From the NCBI RefSeq assembly GCF_963921235.1, contig NC_086108.1, forward strand, positions 14,880,001-14,944,000: a stretch of 64,000 nucleotides of DNA, written 5' to 3'. Positions 49,145-63,392 of the stretch are shown here, piece after piece. The notes beneath the pieces were generated by a model. It did no database searches. It saw nothing but the letters and a program-made list of their open reading frames with translations, and was not told the origin of the DNA. The stretch's first letter is position 1. Each line of letters starts with the position of its first letter. This DNA comes from Mobula hypostoma (lineage: Eukaryota). A program made the position numbers and the translations under genes.

Positions 49145-51150
49145 ATGAGCATAGAACAGTACAGCACCGAAACAGACCCTTCGGGACACTATGTCTGTAC
49201 CAATCATGATGCCAGGTGAATCTAATCCTATCTCTCTGTACATAGGCCACATTCTCCCCCCCCCCCCACACCCCCAACTCTCTTCCTGTTCATGTGCCTT
49301 TTAAATGTTGTTCCAACACCCCTGGCAAGATGCTTTCCAGGCACCTACCAGTCTGTGTGTAAAAACAATTGCTTCACACATCTCCTTTAAACATTCCCCC
49401 TCTCACTTTAAATCTGTGCCCTCTAGTATTTGACAATTCCACCCTAGATTCTGATTACCTACTCTGTCTATTCCTCTCTAATTTGGTAAACAGATTGGGT
49501 CTCCCTTCAGCCTACAATACTCTTTTCAATTTGAAAGCAATCCAAATTTGTCTAACTTCCTCTTACAGTTAGCACTCTGTAATCTTGGCAGCATCCTGGG
49601 TGAGTCTCCTCTGTGCTTCCTCCAAAGCCTCAACATCCTTCCTAAACTGCACTCAGTACTCCAAAGACAGCCTTACCAAAGTTTTATACAGATGCAACAA
49701 GACTGCACAGCTTTTTTATTCAAGATCCTGACCAATGAGGGAAGCCTGCCATATGCCTTTTTTACCACTGTATCTACTCATGCAGCCACTTTCAGGGAAC
49801 TACGGACTTTGAACCCCTAGACTTCTTTGTACATCATTGCACCTCACATCCCTGGCCTTATAGCTCCTCTGGACCCCCAGATGTCACTGGCGTGGTCTGA
49901 TGTCAGTTGTTGCCTCTGTAGATCAGAGGCTGATGCAGTGTGAAGCTAGTTCTGAATCTGCTTAGAGGGCATCTCCTGATGGCCCAGACCTGGTCTTTAC
50001 ATACTTTACTGACTGGACTCTTCTTCCATAACCTCACTCCACAGAGGAACAGAGTAACTGCAATCTCGCTGAATACAGTAACCAGGGTAAACATTTCTGC
50101 ACACACTGAGCATGGCAGGTGTTCCTGAAGACATCGGTGTGACTGCATGCACAAATCTACTGCAAAACATCTTGTTCAGACACTCATCACTGCAAAGCCT
50201 ACTGCACACAGCCGGTGTGGTAGAATTTCCTGCACTTACCACTGCGGCAAACCCTGCTTCATGCTCCAGCCAAGGGAGACGTTACTGCACGCACAAACTG
50301 CGTGCAGAACTTGCTGCAAGTACTAACTGCGCTGGACTTGCTACATGGATTAACCTTGCTGCACACAGACCTTCCAGCACAAATGAGCTACAGCACAGCT
50401 TACCTCACACGTGACTGCAGCAGACCTTGCTGAATGCAACAACCATTGTTGCATATTCTAACACAGCAGATCTTGCTGTGTTCACCAAATCTAACCCTGC
50501 CACATGCTCTACCTGCAGTAGACATTACCCTTGACAGGGCTTATGTAGGACACTGAACGTTCCAGCACAGGAGCAGGCACCTTGGCCTACCACGTCTTTG
50601 CCAAGGGTGATGCCTATTTAAGTTGCCTATCTGATCCCATGTGTCTCAATTAACTGCAACTTCCAGCTTTGTCTGTGTGGAATAGGCACATTCTCCCTGT
50701 GCCCACATGGGTTCCTACAGTTAGAGTCATTGAGGCATAATCATACAGCACAGAAACAGGCCCTACAGCCCAACAGGTCCATGCTGACTATGATTTATCC
50801 TAGTCCCATTTGCCCATGTTTCACCTATACCACTCTAAACCTTTTTTTTCTCCATGTACTTCTCCAAATATCTTTCAAAAGTTCTTAATGGTATCTGCTT
50901 CAACCTCTTCCTTTGACTGTTCATTCCATATGCAGACCATTCTCTGTGTGAAAAGTTGCCCTTTGGGTTCCTATTAAATCTTAAACCCATGCCCTCGAGT
51001 TTTTGATTCTCTTTCCCTGTAAAAATGTCTGTGCACATTGACCCTGTCTATGCCCTTCATGATTTCCTACATCTCTATAGGGTCACCTCTCAGCCTCCTA
51101 CAGTCAAATAGACAAAGCCCTTGTCTACCCAATCTTGAGTACTCTGATTT
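49145..51150 (-). mobile_element. Decayed CR1 3' fragments (49145-49830, 50740-51150)
   Basis: RRLRGDPIE and NFSHR motifs; CR1 3'UTR-like tails. Confidence 0.7.
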
Positions 51151-51225
51151 CCTCTCACATCCCAAAGACAAGCAGGGTTTGGGGATCAGGAGGGAAAGTG
51201 TTGCACAGAGCAGTGCCGTGTGATA

Positions 51226-52090
51226 TACAGGGAGTGATTGATAAGTTCGTGGCCTACGATAGAAGGAGTCAATTTTAGAAAACCTAGCACATCTATTTTT
51301 CCTACATTTACACACTTAGTCCAGCAGTCGTGGAGCATACAGATCCCTTGTTTGTAGAAGTCGGCGTCTTAGACCTCCAGAAAGTGGTCCACAGCAGGAG
51401 TGATTGATAAGTTTGTGGCTTAAGGTAGAAGGAGATGAGGAGAAACTTCAAAACTTCCTGCATTTTCACACAAAGAGTTGAACTGCACGTGCATGGGATG
51501 TGGAGTTGCTTCTGGGGATCTAGCTCTAACACATGTCAATGAAGAGGCAATAGGTCCTTTGAGACACTTTTGACCATTCTGATGCACATAACAGAAGTTA
51601 TTTAATCTGCCTTGTGACTCCCCACGGTTGAAGCAAAGTCTTCTGCATTCTCCCAGGTGCACAGTGCTCAGTGGCTGCTCAACACGCTTACACGTTCCAT
51701 TATTATCTGAGTTCAATGACTGTCATTCCCACTGTGTATAGTGTTTACTGATCTCTGTCCGCCTCGTCCACATGCAAACAGCTCACAATGCACTGTGTTC
51801 ACTCCTGCACGAGCGTGACCATCGTCGGTCTCCATTCCATGTGCATGTTGCTCACTAACTGTCTTTTCCACATCGCACGTTGGTGTCAGAATATGCCCAC
51901 ATCCCCTCTTCAATCTGCACGCTGTTCACTCCACCACTGGATGTCTTCCAAACCGCTTGCTCATGTGCTCACGTTGCAGTGTTGTACCTTGCCACACAAA
52001 GCTCTGTCTCTGTCTCTCCCAGCTACATTCTCTCTTATAAAACAGTTGACCCTTGCATCAGTTGGAGTCTCCTGACGTCATGCAAGTAGG
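51226..52090. mobile_element. Mariner-like non-autonomous fragment
   Basis: TACAGGGAGTGATTGATAAGTTCGTGGCCT resembles a mariner TIR and recurs at ~51395; no matching right TIR found. Confidence 0.45.
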
Positions 52091-52374
52091 TTGACATGAA
52101 ATGGCAGAGTACCAGACTGAAAGTTTCTGCTCTCTTGTTTTGATAGAACCTGTTCTATTATTTACTCATTGGATTGTTAAACAAATTTGCATTGATAGTT
52201 TAAAAAAATGGCTTGTGAGATTTGCCAGCCAGTTTATCTTTTGGTATTCCAATGCAAATGCTTACTGGAATGTAAAGTCCCCTCCACCAAACATTAGCAC
52301 TCAGTCATTGACCCTTGTTCACTTGCCTTCAGCTTCTCCCTCAGAAAAGGTAAAGGTATTGGCATACTGGCCTT

Positions 52375-54090
52375 CATCGCGCAGGGTGGAGATACGTCTC
52401 TACCAAAGGAGGTGTAAGGCAGTCGTTCCCTCCGCTAGCCTGCAGGTTACTCTTGGGCAAGGTGTAGCACCTGCTTAGCCCCTTCCCCCCTCCTCCTTGA
52501 TCAGGGTCACATGAAGCCATAGGAGCAGGCGGTGAATGGTCGTATGAGTAACAGCACATTTGGAAAGCGGTGAAATGATCGGACAAAGTCAGCATGGATT
52601 TGTGAAAGGAAAATCATGTCTGACGAATCTCATAGAATTTTTTGAGGATGTAACTAGTAGAGTGGATAGGGGAGAACCAGTGGATGTGGTATATTTGGAT
52701 TTTCAAAAGGCTTTTGACAAGGTCCCACACAGGAGATTAGTGTGCAAACTTAAAGCACACGGTATTGGGGGTAAGGTATTGGTGTGGGTGGAGAATTGGT
52801 TAGCAGACAGGAAGCAAAGAGTGGGAATAAACGGGACCTTTTCAGAATGGCAGGCGGTGACAAGTGGGGTACCGCAAGGCTCAGTGCTGGGACCCCAGTT
52901 GTTTACAATATATATTAATGACTTGGATGAGGGAATTAAATGCAGCATCTCCAAGTTTGCGGATGACACGAAGCTGGGTGGCAGTGTTAGCAGTGAGGAG
53001 GATGCTAAGAGGATGCAGAGTGACTTGGATAGGTTGGGTGAGTGGGCAAACTCATGGCAGATGAAATTTAATGTGGATAAATGTGACGTTATCCACTTTG
53101 GTGGCAAAAATAGGAAAACAGATTATTATCTGAATGGTGGCCGATTAGGAAAAGGGGAGGTGCAACGAGACCTGGGTGTCATTATACACCAGTCATTGAA
53201 AGTGGGCATGCAGGTACAGCAGGCGGTGAAAAAGGCGAATGGTATGCTGGCATTTATAGCGAGAGGATTTGAGTACAGGAGCAGGGAGGTACTACTGCAG
53301 TTATACAAGGCCTTGGTGAGACCACACCTGGAGTATTGTGTGCAGTTTTGGTCCCCTAATCTGAGGAAAGACATCTTTGCCATAGAGGGAGTACAAAGAA
53401 GGTTCACCAGATTGATTCCTGGGATGGCAGGACTTTCATATGAAGAAACACTGAATGAACTGGGCTTGTACTCGTTGGAATTTAGAAGATTGAGGGGGGA
53501 TCTGATTGAAACGTATAAGATCCTAAAGGGATTGGACAGGCTAGATGCAGGAAGATTGTTCCCAATGTTGGGGAAGTCCAGAACGAGGGGTCACAGTTTG
53601 AGGATAGAGGGGAAGCCTTTTAGGACCGAGATTAGGAAAAACTTCTTCACACAGAGAGTGGTGAATCTGTGGAATTCTCTGCCACAGCAAACTGTTGAGG
53701 CCAGTTCATTGGTTATGTTTAAGAGGGAGTTAGATATGGCCCTTGTGGCTACGGGGGTCAGGGGGTATGGAGGGAAGGCTGGGGCGGGGTTCTGAGTTGG
53801 ATGATCAGCCATGATCATAATAAATGGCGGTGCAGGCTCGAAGGGCCGAATGGCCTACTCCTGCACCTATTTTCTATGTTTCTATGTTTCTATCTCACAA
53901 GTCCCGGTCAGGCGACCACTGAAGCCAGGCAGACAATTTCTGGAGTATTAATAATGGCTGGGGTCACCCATCTTGTAAAGACTCTGCCCAGAAGAAGGCA
54001 ATGGAAAACCACTTCTGAGGAGAAGTTTGTCAAGAACAATCATGGTCATGGAAAGACCATGACCACCCACGTCATACGACACAGTACAAA
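52375..54090 (+). mobile_element. SINE-like repeat split by a young CR1
   Basis: Segments 52375-52555 and 53894-54090 appear to be one non-coding unit once the CR1 is removed. Confidence 0.45.
52555..53893 (+). mobile_element. Young 5'-truncated CR1 with uninterrupted 411-aa RT ORF
   Basis: QHGFVKG, YLDFQKAFD, SGVPQGSVLGP and FADDTK motifs; no stops in 52560-53795; (TTCTATGT)n tail. Confidence 0.95.
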
Positions 54091-54094
54091 AAGA

Positions 54095-55570
54095 ACAAAC
54101 AGCCTTCATCAGTCAGGGCACTGAGTATAAAAGCTGGAAGGTCATAGTGGAGTTGTTCAGGACACTGGTGGGGCGGCACTTGGAGTATTACGTTCTGATT
54201 TGGACATCCTGCAATAGGAAAGAAGTTATTAAACAGAAAAAAATTAAAAGGATGTTTGCAGTACTTGAGGGAGAGGTTGAATAGGTTAGGACTTCATTCC
54301 TTGAATGTAGGAGACTCAGAGGTTATCTTATCAAGGTGTATAAATCATGAGAGACATAGATAGGGTGAATGCACTCAATCTGTTTCAAATCAAGAACTAA
54401 AGGGCATATATTTAAGGGGAGAGGGGAAAGATTTGTTAGAAACTTGGTAACTTTTTTAAACAAAGGGTGGTATCTATGTGGAATGAGCTATCAGATGGAG
54501 TGCTGGAGGTGGATACAAGAGCAATTTTTAAAGGACAGTTGGACAGGTACATCGATTGGAAAGATTTAGAAAGATATGGTTGAAATGCTGGGGATGGGGC
54601 ACCTTGGTCAGCAATGACCAGATGGGCTGAAGGGCCTGTCCATGCTGTAAGATTTTATGGCACTATTTGTAGTAGAGCACAAGAGAGCTACGGTAATACT
54701 GTGACTGCCCATGTTAACACCTCGCCATCCTTGCACTGAATGGTGCTGCCTGCCTCTCCTTCCCATACCCACTCCTCAGACACACAGGTCCTGCATTACA
54801 CACTGCACACAGAAACACAAAGAAACAAGAGCGGGAATAGAGATCAACCCATCAAGCCAGCCCAGCAATTCGATGTAATCATGTCCAATCTATGCTGCTT
54901 TTCCTGTACCACTTCTCCATAACTCTCAATCTTTTAAATATCAGTCTACCTCCTCTTTAAATACCACATTGATCTGACCTCCACCCAGCCTCTTCATCCT
55001 CAGAACTTTTTCTCTACAAAAAAGTTCATATCCATCTCAGTTTGAAATGACTTAAATTACCTTCAAGTTCAAGATTGTTGTTGTCATAGGCATACATATA
55101 CAGGGTATAATGCTATGAAAGTGAGATTTTACAACAGCAGAACAGTACATTACAAACATAACAAAGATGAATTGACATCAACATAAACTCACATGAGTTT
55201 TACACCCTTAGATCTATACAAAACACATGCAAAATTGAGAGAGGAAAGAATGTTATAATCTGAGGTAGTGTTAGGATTTTTCAGGTTGATTCAAGAACCT
55301 AACAGCAGTGAGGAAGTAACTGTTGCTGAACCTTGAGGTGTAGGTCATCAAGTTCATGTATCTTCTGCCTGGTGGCAACATGGAGAAGAGGGCACGGCCC
55401 GGATGGCGATGGTCTCTGGTGATGGACTGAGTCAACACCTCCCGTAGATGTCCTCAACAATGAGGAGACCTGTCCCTGTGATGGAACTGGCTGAGACCAC
55501 TGCTCTCTGTAGCCGCTTACATTCCTGTGCCTTGGATTTTCCATACTAGGCTATGATACAACCAGTCAGG
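54095..55570. mobile_element. Decayed CR1 and Rex1-like fragments
   Basis: CR1 C-terminal remnants on plus; Rex1-like 3' end on minus (55060-55570). Confidence 0.65.
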
Positions 55571-55734
55571 GCTTCACATTTTGCTGGGGCTGGTGTTGGA
55601 TCCACTACTCCTCACGTTATATGCTACTGATCTGGATGATGGAATTGATGGCTTTGCGGCCAGGTTTATGGAGGTGACTGTGTGGCTAGGCATAGCTCAA
55701 ATACCATCTCTAAATTTACTGACAGTACAACCAT

Positions 55735-57000
55735 TGTTAGTAGAATCTCAGGTGGTGACGAGTGGGCGTACAGGAGATATGCCAACTAGTGGAGTGGTGC
55801 TGCACCAACAACCTGGCACACAACATCAGTAAGACGAAAGAGCTGATTGTGGACTTCAGGAAGGGTAAGACAAAGGAACACATACCAATCCTCATAAAGG
55901 GATCGGAAGTGGAGAGAATGAGCAGTTTCAAGTTCCTGGGTGTCAAGATCTCTGAAGATCTAACCTGGTCCCAACATATCAATGTAGTTATAAAGAAGGC
56001 AAGACAGCAGCTATACTTCATTAGTAGTTTGAAGAGATTTGGCATGTCAATAAATACACTGAAAAACTTCTATAGATGTACCGTGGAGAGCATTCTGACA
56101 GGCTGCATCACTGTTTGGTGTAAGGGGGCTACTGCACAGGACCGAAAGAAGCTGCAGAGGGTTGAAAATCTAGTCTGGTCCATCTTGAGTACTAGCCTAC
56201 AAGGTACCCAGGACATCTTCAGGGAGCGGTGTCTCAGAAAGGCAGCGTCCATTATTAAGGACCTCCAGCACCCAGAGCATGTCCGTTTCTCATGGTTACC
56301 ATCAGGTAGGAGGTACAGAAGCTTGAAGGCGCACACTTAGTGATTCAGGAACAGCTTCTTCCCCCTGCCATCCAATTCCTAAATGGACATTGAATCCTTG
56401 GACACTATCTCACTTTTTTAAATATAAAGTATTTAGAAACATAGAAAACCTACAGCACAATACAGGCCCTTCAGTCCACAAAGCTGTGCCGAACATGTCC
56501 TTACCTGAGAAATTACCTAGGGTTACCCATAGCCCTCTATTTTTCTGAGCTCCATATACCAGCCCAGGAGTCTCTTAAAAGACCCTATCATATCTGCCTC
56601 CACCACCGTTGCCGGCAGCCCATTCCACGCACTCACCTCTCTCTACGCAAAGAAACTTACCCTTGACATCTCCTCTGTATCTGCTTTCAAGCACCTTAAA
56701 ACTATGCCCTCTCATGCTAACCATTTCAGCCCTGGGAAAAAGCCTCTGACTATCCACACGATCAATGCCTCTCATCATTTTATACACTGTTTCTGTTTTT
56801 TGTTTTTGTTATTTCTGTTTTTTGCATGTTTTTTAATCCATTCAATATATGTATACTGTAATTTATTTATTTACTATTATTACTATTTTTATTTTATTTA
56901 TTTTTTTTCTCTTCTAGATTATGTTTTGCATTGAACTGCTGCTGCTAAGTTAACAAATTTCGCGTCACATATTGGTGATAACAAACCTGATTCTGAATCT
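55735..57000 (+). mobile_element. Rex1/Babar-like 3' fragment with a nested minus-strand CR1 tail (56433-56787)
   Basis: SKTKELIVDFRK, FKFLGV, KARQQLYF and LPSGRRYRS motifs; 3'UTR resumes after the CR1. Confidence 0.8.
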
Positions 57001-57039
57001 GATACAAAGATAGATGATGGGGCAGGCGAGTTGAGGAAC

Positions 57040-58330
57040 CCTTTCATTCCTGGGATCATTCTCATAAACTTTCTGTGGAGCCTCTTCAATGCAGCACAAT
57101 CTTTCTTAAATAAGGAGCACAAAACTGAGCGCAATACTCCGTGTGGTCGGACCAGTGCTTTGTAAAGCTTTATACTTGCTCTTATATTCTAGTCCTCTCA
57201 AAATGAATCATTTGCCTTCCTTACCACATATAACTTACTTTATCAAGTGCCACCAAGTACCATGAAAGCTCATCCTTAATAATAGACTCCAATGTCTTCC
57301 CATTCACTGAAGTCAGGACAACCACCCTATAATTTCCTTTCTTCTGCCTGCCTCCCTTCTTAAAGAGTAAAGTGACATTTGCAATTTTCCAGTCCTTTGG
57401 AACCATTCCAGAATCTAGTGATTCTTGAAAGATCACTATGATTGCCTCCACAATCTCTTCAGCTACCTCTTTCAGAACCCTGGAGTGTTGTTCATATGGT
57501 CCAGGTGATTTATATACCTTCAGACCTTTCAGCATCCCAAGCACTTTCTCCTTAGTAATGGCAATGACGCTCATTTCTGCCCCGTGGCACTCTCAAATTC
57601 TGGCATACTGCTGGTGTCTTCCACAACAAAATACTTACTAAATTTATATGCCATTTCTTTGTCCCCCATTATTACATCTCCAGTGTAATTTTCCAGAGGC
57701 ACTCTCATTTTTCTTTTACTCTTTATATATTTGTATAAACTTTCAGTATCCCCTTTTATATTATTGGATAGTTTACCTTCATATTTCATTTTTTCTCTTC
57801 TTATGGGTTTTTCAGTTGCCTTCTGTTCTTTTTTAAAAGTTTCCCCATCCTCTAGCTTTCCATTAATGTTTGCTATATTATGCCTTCTCTTTTGGTTTTA
57901 TGATGTCTTTGGCTACCCTTGTTAGCCACGGTTGTCTCATCCACCCTTTTGAATATTTCTTTTTTGGGATGATTCTATGTGTGTCTTCCCAAACTGCTCC
58001 CAGAAACTTCAGCTATTGCTGTTTTGCCATCATCCCTGCTAGTATCCCCTTTCAATCAACGTTGGCTAGCTCCTCTCTCGTGTCTTGTAATTTATTTTAG
58101 TCCACTTAATACATACATCTGATAACACTGATATTCCCTCTCAAATGGCAGGGTGATTTCTATCATATTATGGCCATTGGCTCCTACGTGTTCCTTTACC
58201 TTAAGCTCCCTAATCAAATCTGATTCATTACATAACACCCAATCCAGAATTGCCTTTTCCTTAGTGGGCTCAATCACAAGCTGCTCTATAAAGCCATCTT
58301 TTAGGCATTCTACAAATTCCTTCTCTTGGA
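57040..58330 (-). mobile_element. Decayed, deleted CR1 ORF2
   Basis: EPTKEKAILDWVLCNE and KSPGP...WKIANVT.LFKKG...NYR motifs. Confidence 0.8.
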
Positions 58331-58970
58331 ATCAGAATCAGGTTTAATATCTCTGGCATATGTTATGAAATTTGTTGTTTTGTAGCAGTGGTATGTTGCA
58401 ATACATAATAAAAACTCTAAACTACGGTAAGAAATATATGTATAAATTAATTTAAATAAGTAGTGCAAAGACAGAGCATAAAAGATAAAAAAAAATAGTG
58501 AGGTACGGTTTTATTGTCCATTCTGAAATCTGATGGCGTAGGGAAAGAAGTTGATTTTCTCAATTTACCTGCATAGTGGAATCCCCCACAACTATCGTAA
58601 TATTGCTCCTTTTACAAGTTCTTTTTCTATCTCCAACATCCTGGTTACTGTTTGGAGACCATCAGGATCTTTTTACTCTTCCTGTTTCTTAATCCTTCCT
58701 CTTTCTTAACTACCCACAAATACCTAAAACAAAAAGAACCACTTCATTGTGACTGTTTACCCTCATTCATTGACAAGTAAAGGAAAATGTTTTTGACTCT
58801 TCTATCACTTGGCAGGCACTCAGCAATAACCTGCTCATCAGCTGAATGGCAATCAGGTCTGATGAAACATCGACTCTGTTTCTCTCCTCATTGATATAGG
58901 CTAACCAGTTGAGTCTTTTCAGCATTTTCTTGACGAGATTTCCAGCATGTATAGATCCTTTGATTGTCAC

Positions 58971-59038
58971 CTGCCAGGACCACTCCACTCCAGACCTTTT
59001 CACTGCCTCAGCCCAGATGCAACCAAAAGAGCTGAATT
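58971..59038 (-). CDS. Candidate internal exon (68 nt, phase 1 to 0)
   Basis: cacctctctttag | FSSFGCIWAEAVKRSGVEWSWQ | gtgaca, in unique sequence. Confidence 0.4.
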
Positions 59039-60349
59039 CTAAAGAGAGGTGACAGTGACCCCCCCCCCGACCCAAACTCCATTTAACAAATAATAGTAAA
59101 TAAGCCAATGAGAATCAAAATAAAAATGCTTCACAGGTTTAATATTAATATTATTGAGAAATTTGTTGTTTGCAGCAGCAATGCATAGCAACACATAATA
59201 ATTTAAAAACTATAAATTACTATCAATATATAATGTATACACTTGAATTAAATAAGTAGTGAAAAAAGAGAGGGAAAATGGTGAGGTAGTGTTCATTGCT
59301 TCATTGTTCATTCAGAAATCTGATGGCAGAGTGAAGAAGCTGCTTCTGAAACATTGAGTGTATGTCTTCACGCTCCTGTATAACACCACACTCTGCATTC
59401 TGTGTTTTTTCCCCCCTTTCTGTATTACTCAACATACTTACCAATGTACTGTCTGGATGGTATACAATGAAAGCTTTAGAGTACCTCAGTACATGCGACA
59501 ATCATAAACAAATTATCGATGACTAATCCCTCACTCAGTGACTCACTACTCTATCTCAATCTTCACTCCCTCCCCTGTACCTTTCTTTCTATCCCTGTCT
59601 CTCAATCACCCTTCCCTTTCCTCATTCAGCTCACTTCCTCGCTCCTCCTTTTTCCTTCATCTGTTCTCCCTCACCCCCAATCTCTCTCCATCAAGCACCT
59701 TTCTTTTCAGAAAACTCTCCTCTCATTCCTTCTGTGCCTCCAAATACTCACTCTTCCTCAATGCTTCCCTCTCTGCCTCCCCTCATGCAACATATATTTT
59801 CAAACTTTGCATGCAGTCCTTGTACAAAGGGATTTGAAAAGTATGTTCCACTGTCACATCCATAGCTGGAATTAAACTTCAATATGTTATCAGAAATCAG
59901 TAAAACTCAATCTACTCCAAGAGCCAGCTGTTGTTTTTCACCAATCTAACATCTGGCACCTGAAACTAAACTAAAATTACTTCATCCAAATCTGCTGTCT
60001 GATGTGGTGGAATTAAAGCCCCTCTAAAACTCTCAGCCCACTGATTAAAGTCCTAAATCCCACACTGATTATAGTTTGTTGTCAGCAGGCAAGGTGAGAG
60101 GGCATGGACTGCTTTTATATAATGCCTTGTGTGACATTGCGACCTACAGCATTTTACAACCAATAAGATATGAGAAGCACAAAAGTTGTTTTCCTCCACC
60201 AGATTGTGTGTTGCTCCGGATTTTGAGCGGAAGCATCAGCAGCTCCTCTCCTTAACCAGACGCTGCTCAACCTGCTGAGTTCCTCCACTAGTTTGGTTTG
60301 TGTCATCTTGCAAGTCATCTTTACCCACACGTCTATTAAGTGGTAGGGT

Positions 60350-60915
60350 AGTATGGCATTATTAGTCGAGTTCAAGAGTCAAGATGTTATGCTGCAGTTT
60401 TACAAGACTCTGGTTAGGTCACATCTGAGTATTGCATTCAGTTCTGGTCACACCATTATAGAAATGATGTGGAGATGTTGGAGAGGGTACAGAAGAAGTC
60501 TGCCTTGATGTTGCCTGGATTAGGGGGCATGTGTTGTAAGGAGAGGGTGGACAAACTTGGGTAGTTTTCTCTGAAGTGATAGAGGCTGATGGGAGAGCTG
60601 ATATAAGATTATGAGAGGCATAGATGGATAGCCAATATATTTTTACCAGGATCAAAATCTCTAATCCTAGAAGCCATGCATTTAAGGCAAAAGAGATTTA
60701 GTTCAAAGGAGACAGTGACGTGTGCCTGGAATGTACTGCATGTGGTGATGGTGGAGACATTTAAGAGGCTCTCAGGCAGGCACTTGAATTGGCAGAGAAC
60801 AAAGGGATATGAACCATGAGCAGACAGAAGGGATTAAATATCATTAGGTTAATTAGTGCTGTGCAACATGTAGGCTGAAGGGCCTGTTCCTGCATTGTAC
60901 TGCTTTATGTTCTAT
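60350..60915 (+). mobile_element. Decayed CR1 3' fragment
   Basis: YKTLVRSHL..QFWS remnants and a CR1 tail. Confidence 0.75.
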
Positions 60916-60916
60916 A

Positions 60917-61413
60917 CTATGTGGCCAATTTATAAGGTGCATCTGTCCAGCTGCATGTTAATGTAAATATCTGATCAGCCAATCATGAGGCAGCACCTCA
61001 TTGTATAAAAGCATGCAGACATGGTCATGAGGTTCAGTGTTGTTCAGAATGGGAGAGAAATGTAATCTAAGTGACTTTCAATATGGTGTCAGACAGGGTG
61101 GTTTGAGTATCTCAAATCTCCTAGGATTTTTACGCATAACCCAAAGTTTACAGAGAATGGTGCAATAAACAAAAAACACCCAGTGATTGGCAGTCCTGTG
61201 GGCATACACGCCATGTTCATGAGAGAGGTCAGAGGAGAATGGCCAGACTGGTTCAAGCATACAGGAAGGCGATAGTAATTCAAATAACCATGCGTTACAA
61301 AAGTAGTGTGCAGAAGAGTATCTCTGAAAGCATAACATGTCGAACCTTGAAGTGGGTGAGATACAGCAGCAGAAGACCATGAACTACACTCAGTGGCCAC
61401 TTTATTAAGTGTA
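60917..61413 (+). mobile_element. Tc1-like fragment (transposase N-terminal region)
   Basis: RGQRRMARLVQAYRKA...CRTLKW..YSSRRP; GTGGCCA.TTTAT.A.GT at both ends in the same orientation. Confidence 0.6.
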
Positions 61414-62964
61414 AAGGGTATGTGTGTGTTCGGTGTTCCATGCTCTACGTTCTACCCCTTCACACTGCACCCCAACTCGCTAATAGCCAGCTTGGTTCCT
61501 GTGATCTGCACCCACCCTGACCCCATCTGATCCCTTCCCAATCCCAGCTTCTATATCTTCCACTCCATTGCCCAATGCTTCTTTGAGTGCACTTGAGTTC
61601 CTAGGCACATCTCTTTGCCCAGATGTTGGACGAGGGTGACTTTGATTGGAGGCTGAGAACAATAGAAATGCCCTGCGATTATTGACAAATGAGCAGGAAA
61701 ATTCTCAGCAAGTTCATCAGCAAGTGCACTAAAAGTTCCTGGCATGTGTTTAGGTTTCAAAGGTATATTTAACTTCAATGAAATGTATACAATATACATC
61801 CTGAAATTCTTTTTCTTCACAACCATCCACAAAAACAGAGGAGTGGTTCCAAAGAATGAATGACAGTTAGATGTTAGAACCCCAAAAAGTCCCCCCCAGC
61901 TCCCCTCCCTCCCGTGTGTAAGCGGCAGCAAGCAACGATCCCCCCTCCCCCCACTGGCAAAAAAAAGCGTCAGCACCTGCCACCGAACACTCAAGCGTGA
62001 GCAAAGCAACAGCAAAGACACAGACTTACAGTACCCCAAAGACTACTTGTTCACCCGGTATTCAACATACCACAGGCTCTCTCACTCCCTAATAAGGGAG
62101 AAAGAGATGTCTCCATTTCACAGCGAGAGGGGAGACATAATAAACAATTCACTGGTTTATGATGTTAAGTCTGTTATGTCTCTTTTTCCGAGCTCTGTGC
62201 CCAAAGATCTCAAGTCTCTGGGCACATAGCCTTAGATCTTCCATCTCCCACAAAACACCAATCTCCTGCCTGGACACCGACCTCTGATCCCCCATCTCCA
62301 GAGCCATTAAATCTCAGTCCTCCGAAGGTGAGCTGAGCTCTTAGGCCACACCCTTGGTGCGCTGAATAACAACCACTCATGAAACCCTGAGAGCAGGACC
62401 CATTCCCACAAAGAACTGTAGTCAGTGTATAGCTCCAGGTCAGGGTCTTCAAAAGAAGCCTGAAAGGGAAAAATAGAGATATTAAGGATGGAAATAGAGC
62501 TGTTTCCGAAAATGCAAGCAAAGGAGTCACCGTTAAGCACCATTGATCCTCCTAAGCTCCTCCCTCTAGTTCTGGTCTGGGCCCTCCATCCACAGCGTCC
62601 CTCCTTGGAGGAAGGGCACTTATCCGGAGCAGGAAAGCTCAGAACACAAAGCCACAAACATTTGCCTAACCTTGGAAAGTCCCTGAAAGGAACAGAGAGT
62701 CCACTGAAGAAAGTACTCTAGTTCCTGACAACAGAACTTCACTGCCTTTCTGAAGGCTGTCTCTCACTGTGTCACCTTACCCCACTCTCACTGAAGGTCC
62801 TTGCACTGGGAACTGCATCCAAAGCTATTTCATTCCCTCAAACCATCCTGATGCCAAGGAAGGACTTGACTCAATGTTGGTTTCTTCAGCTATGAAGGGG
62901 GAATTTCCATGTTTCAGAGGAGATTGCATACTCTCCATTTGACCAGGTAGGTTGGTAGTTTAAA

Positions 62965-63361
62965 AACGCAAACATGAGGAAATCTACAGATGCTGGAAGT
63001 TCAAGTAACACGCACAAAATGCTGGTGGAACACAGCAGGCCAGGCAGCATCTATAGGAAGAAGTACAGTCGACATTTCGAGCCAAGACACTTCATCAGGA
63101 CTAACTGAAAGAAGAGATAGTAAGAGATTTGAAAGTGGGAGGGGGAGGGGGAGATCGGAAATGATAGGAGAAGACAAGGGGGGTTGTGATAGAGCTAAGA
63201 GCTGGAAAGTTGATTGGCAAAAGGGATAAAAGGCTGGAGAAGGGAGAGGATCACGGGACGGGAGGCCTAGGGAGAAAGAAAGGGGGAAGGGTGTACTAGA
63301 GGAAGATGGAGAGCAGGTAAGGAGTTATTGTGAGAGGGATAGAGAGAGAAAAAAAAGGGAA

Positions 63362-63392
<31 letters not shown>

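Noticed and set aside
52560..53795. Domesticated reverse transcriptase gene
   Set aside because: It is a 5'-truncated young CR1 with no ATG start and a near-identical sibling in the window.
59519..59875. Leu/Ser/Pro-rich ORFs
   Set aside because: They arise from a low-complexity polypyrimidine tract.
62890..62947. Plus-strand exon-like segment (ttcttcag...ccag|gtaggt)
   Set aside because: It is isolated, with no recognisable peptide or partner exons.
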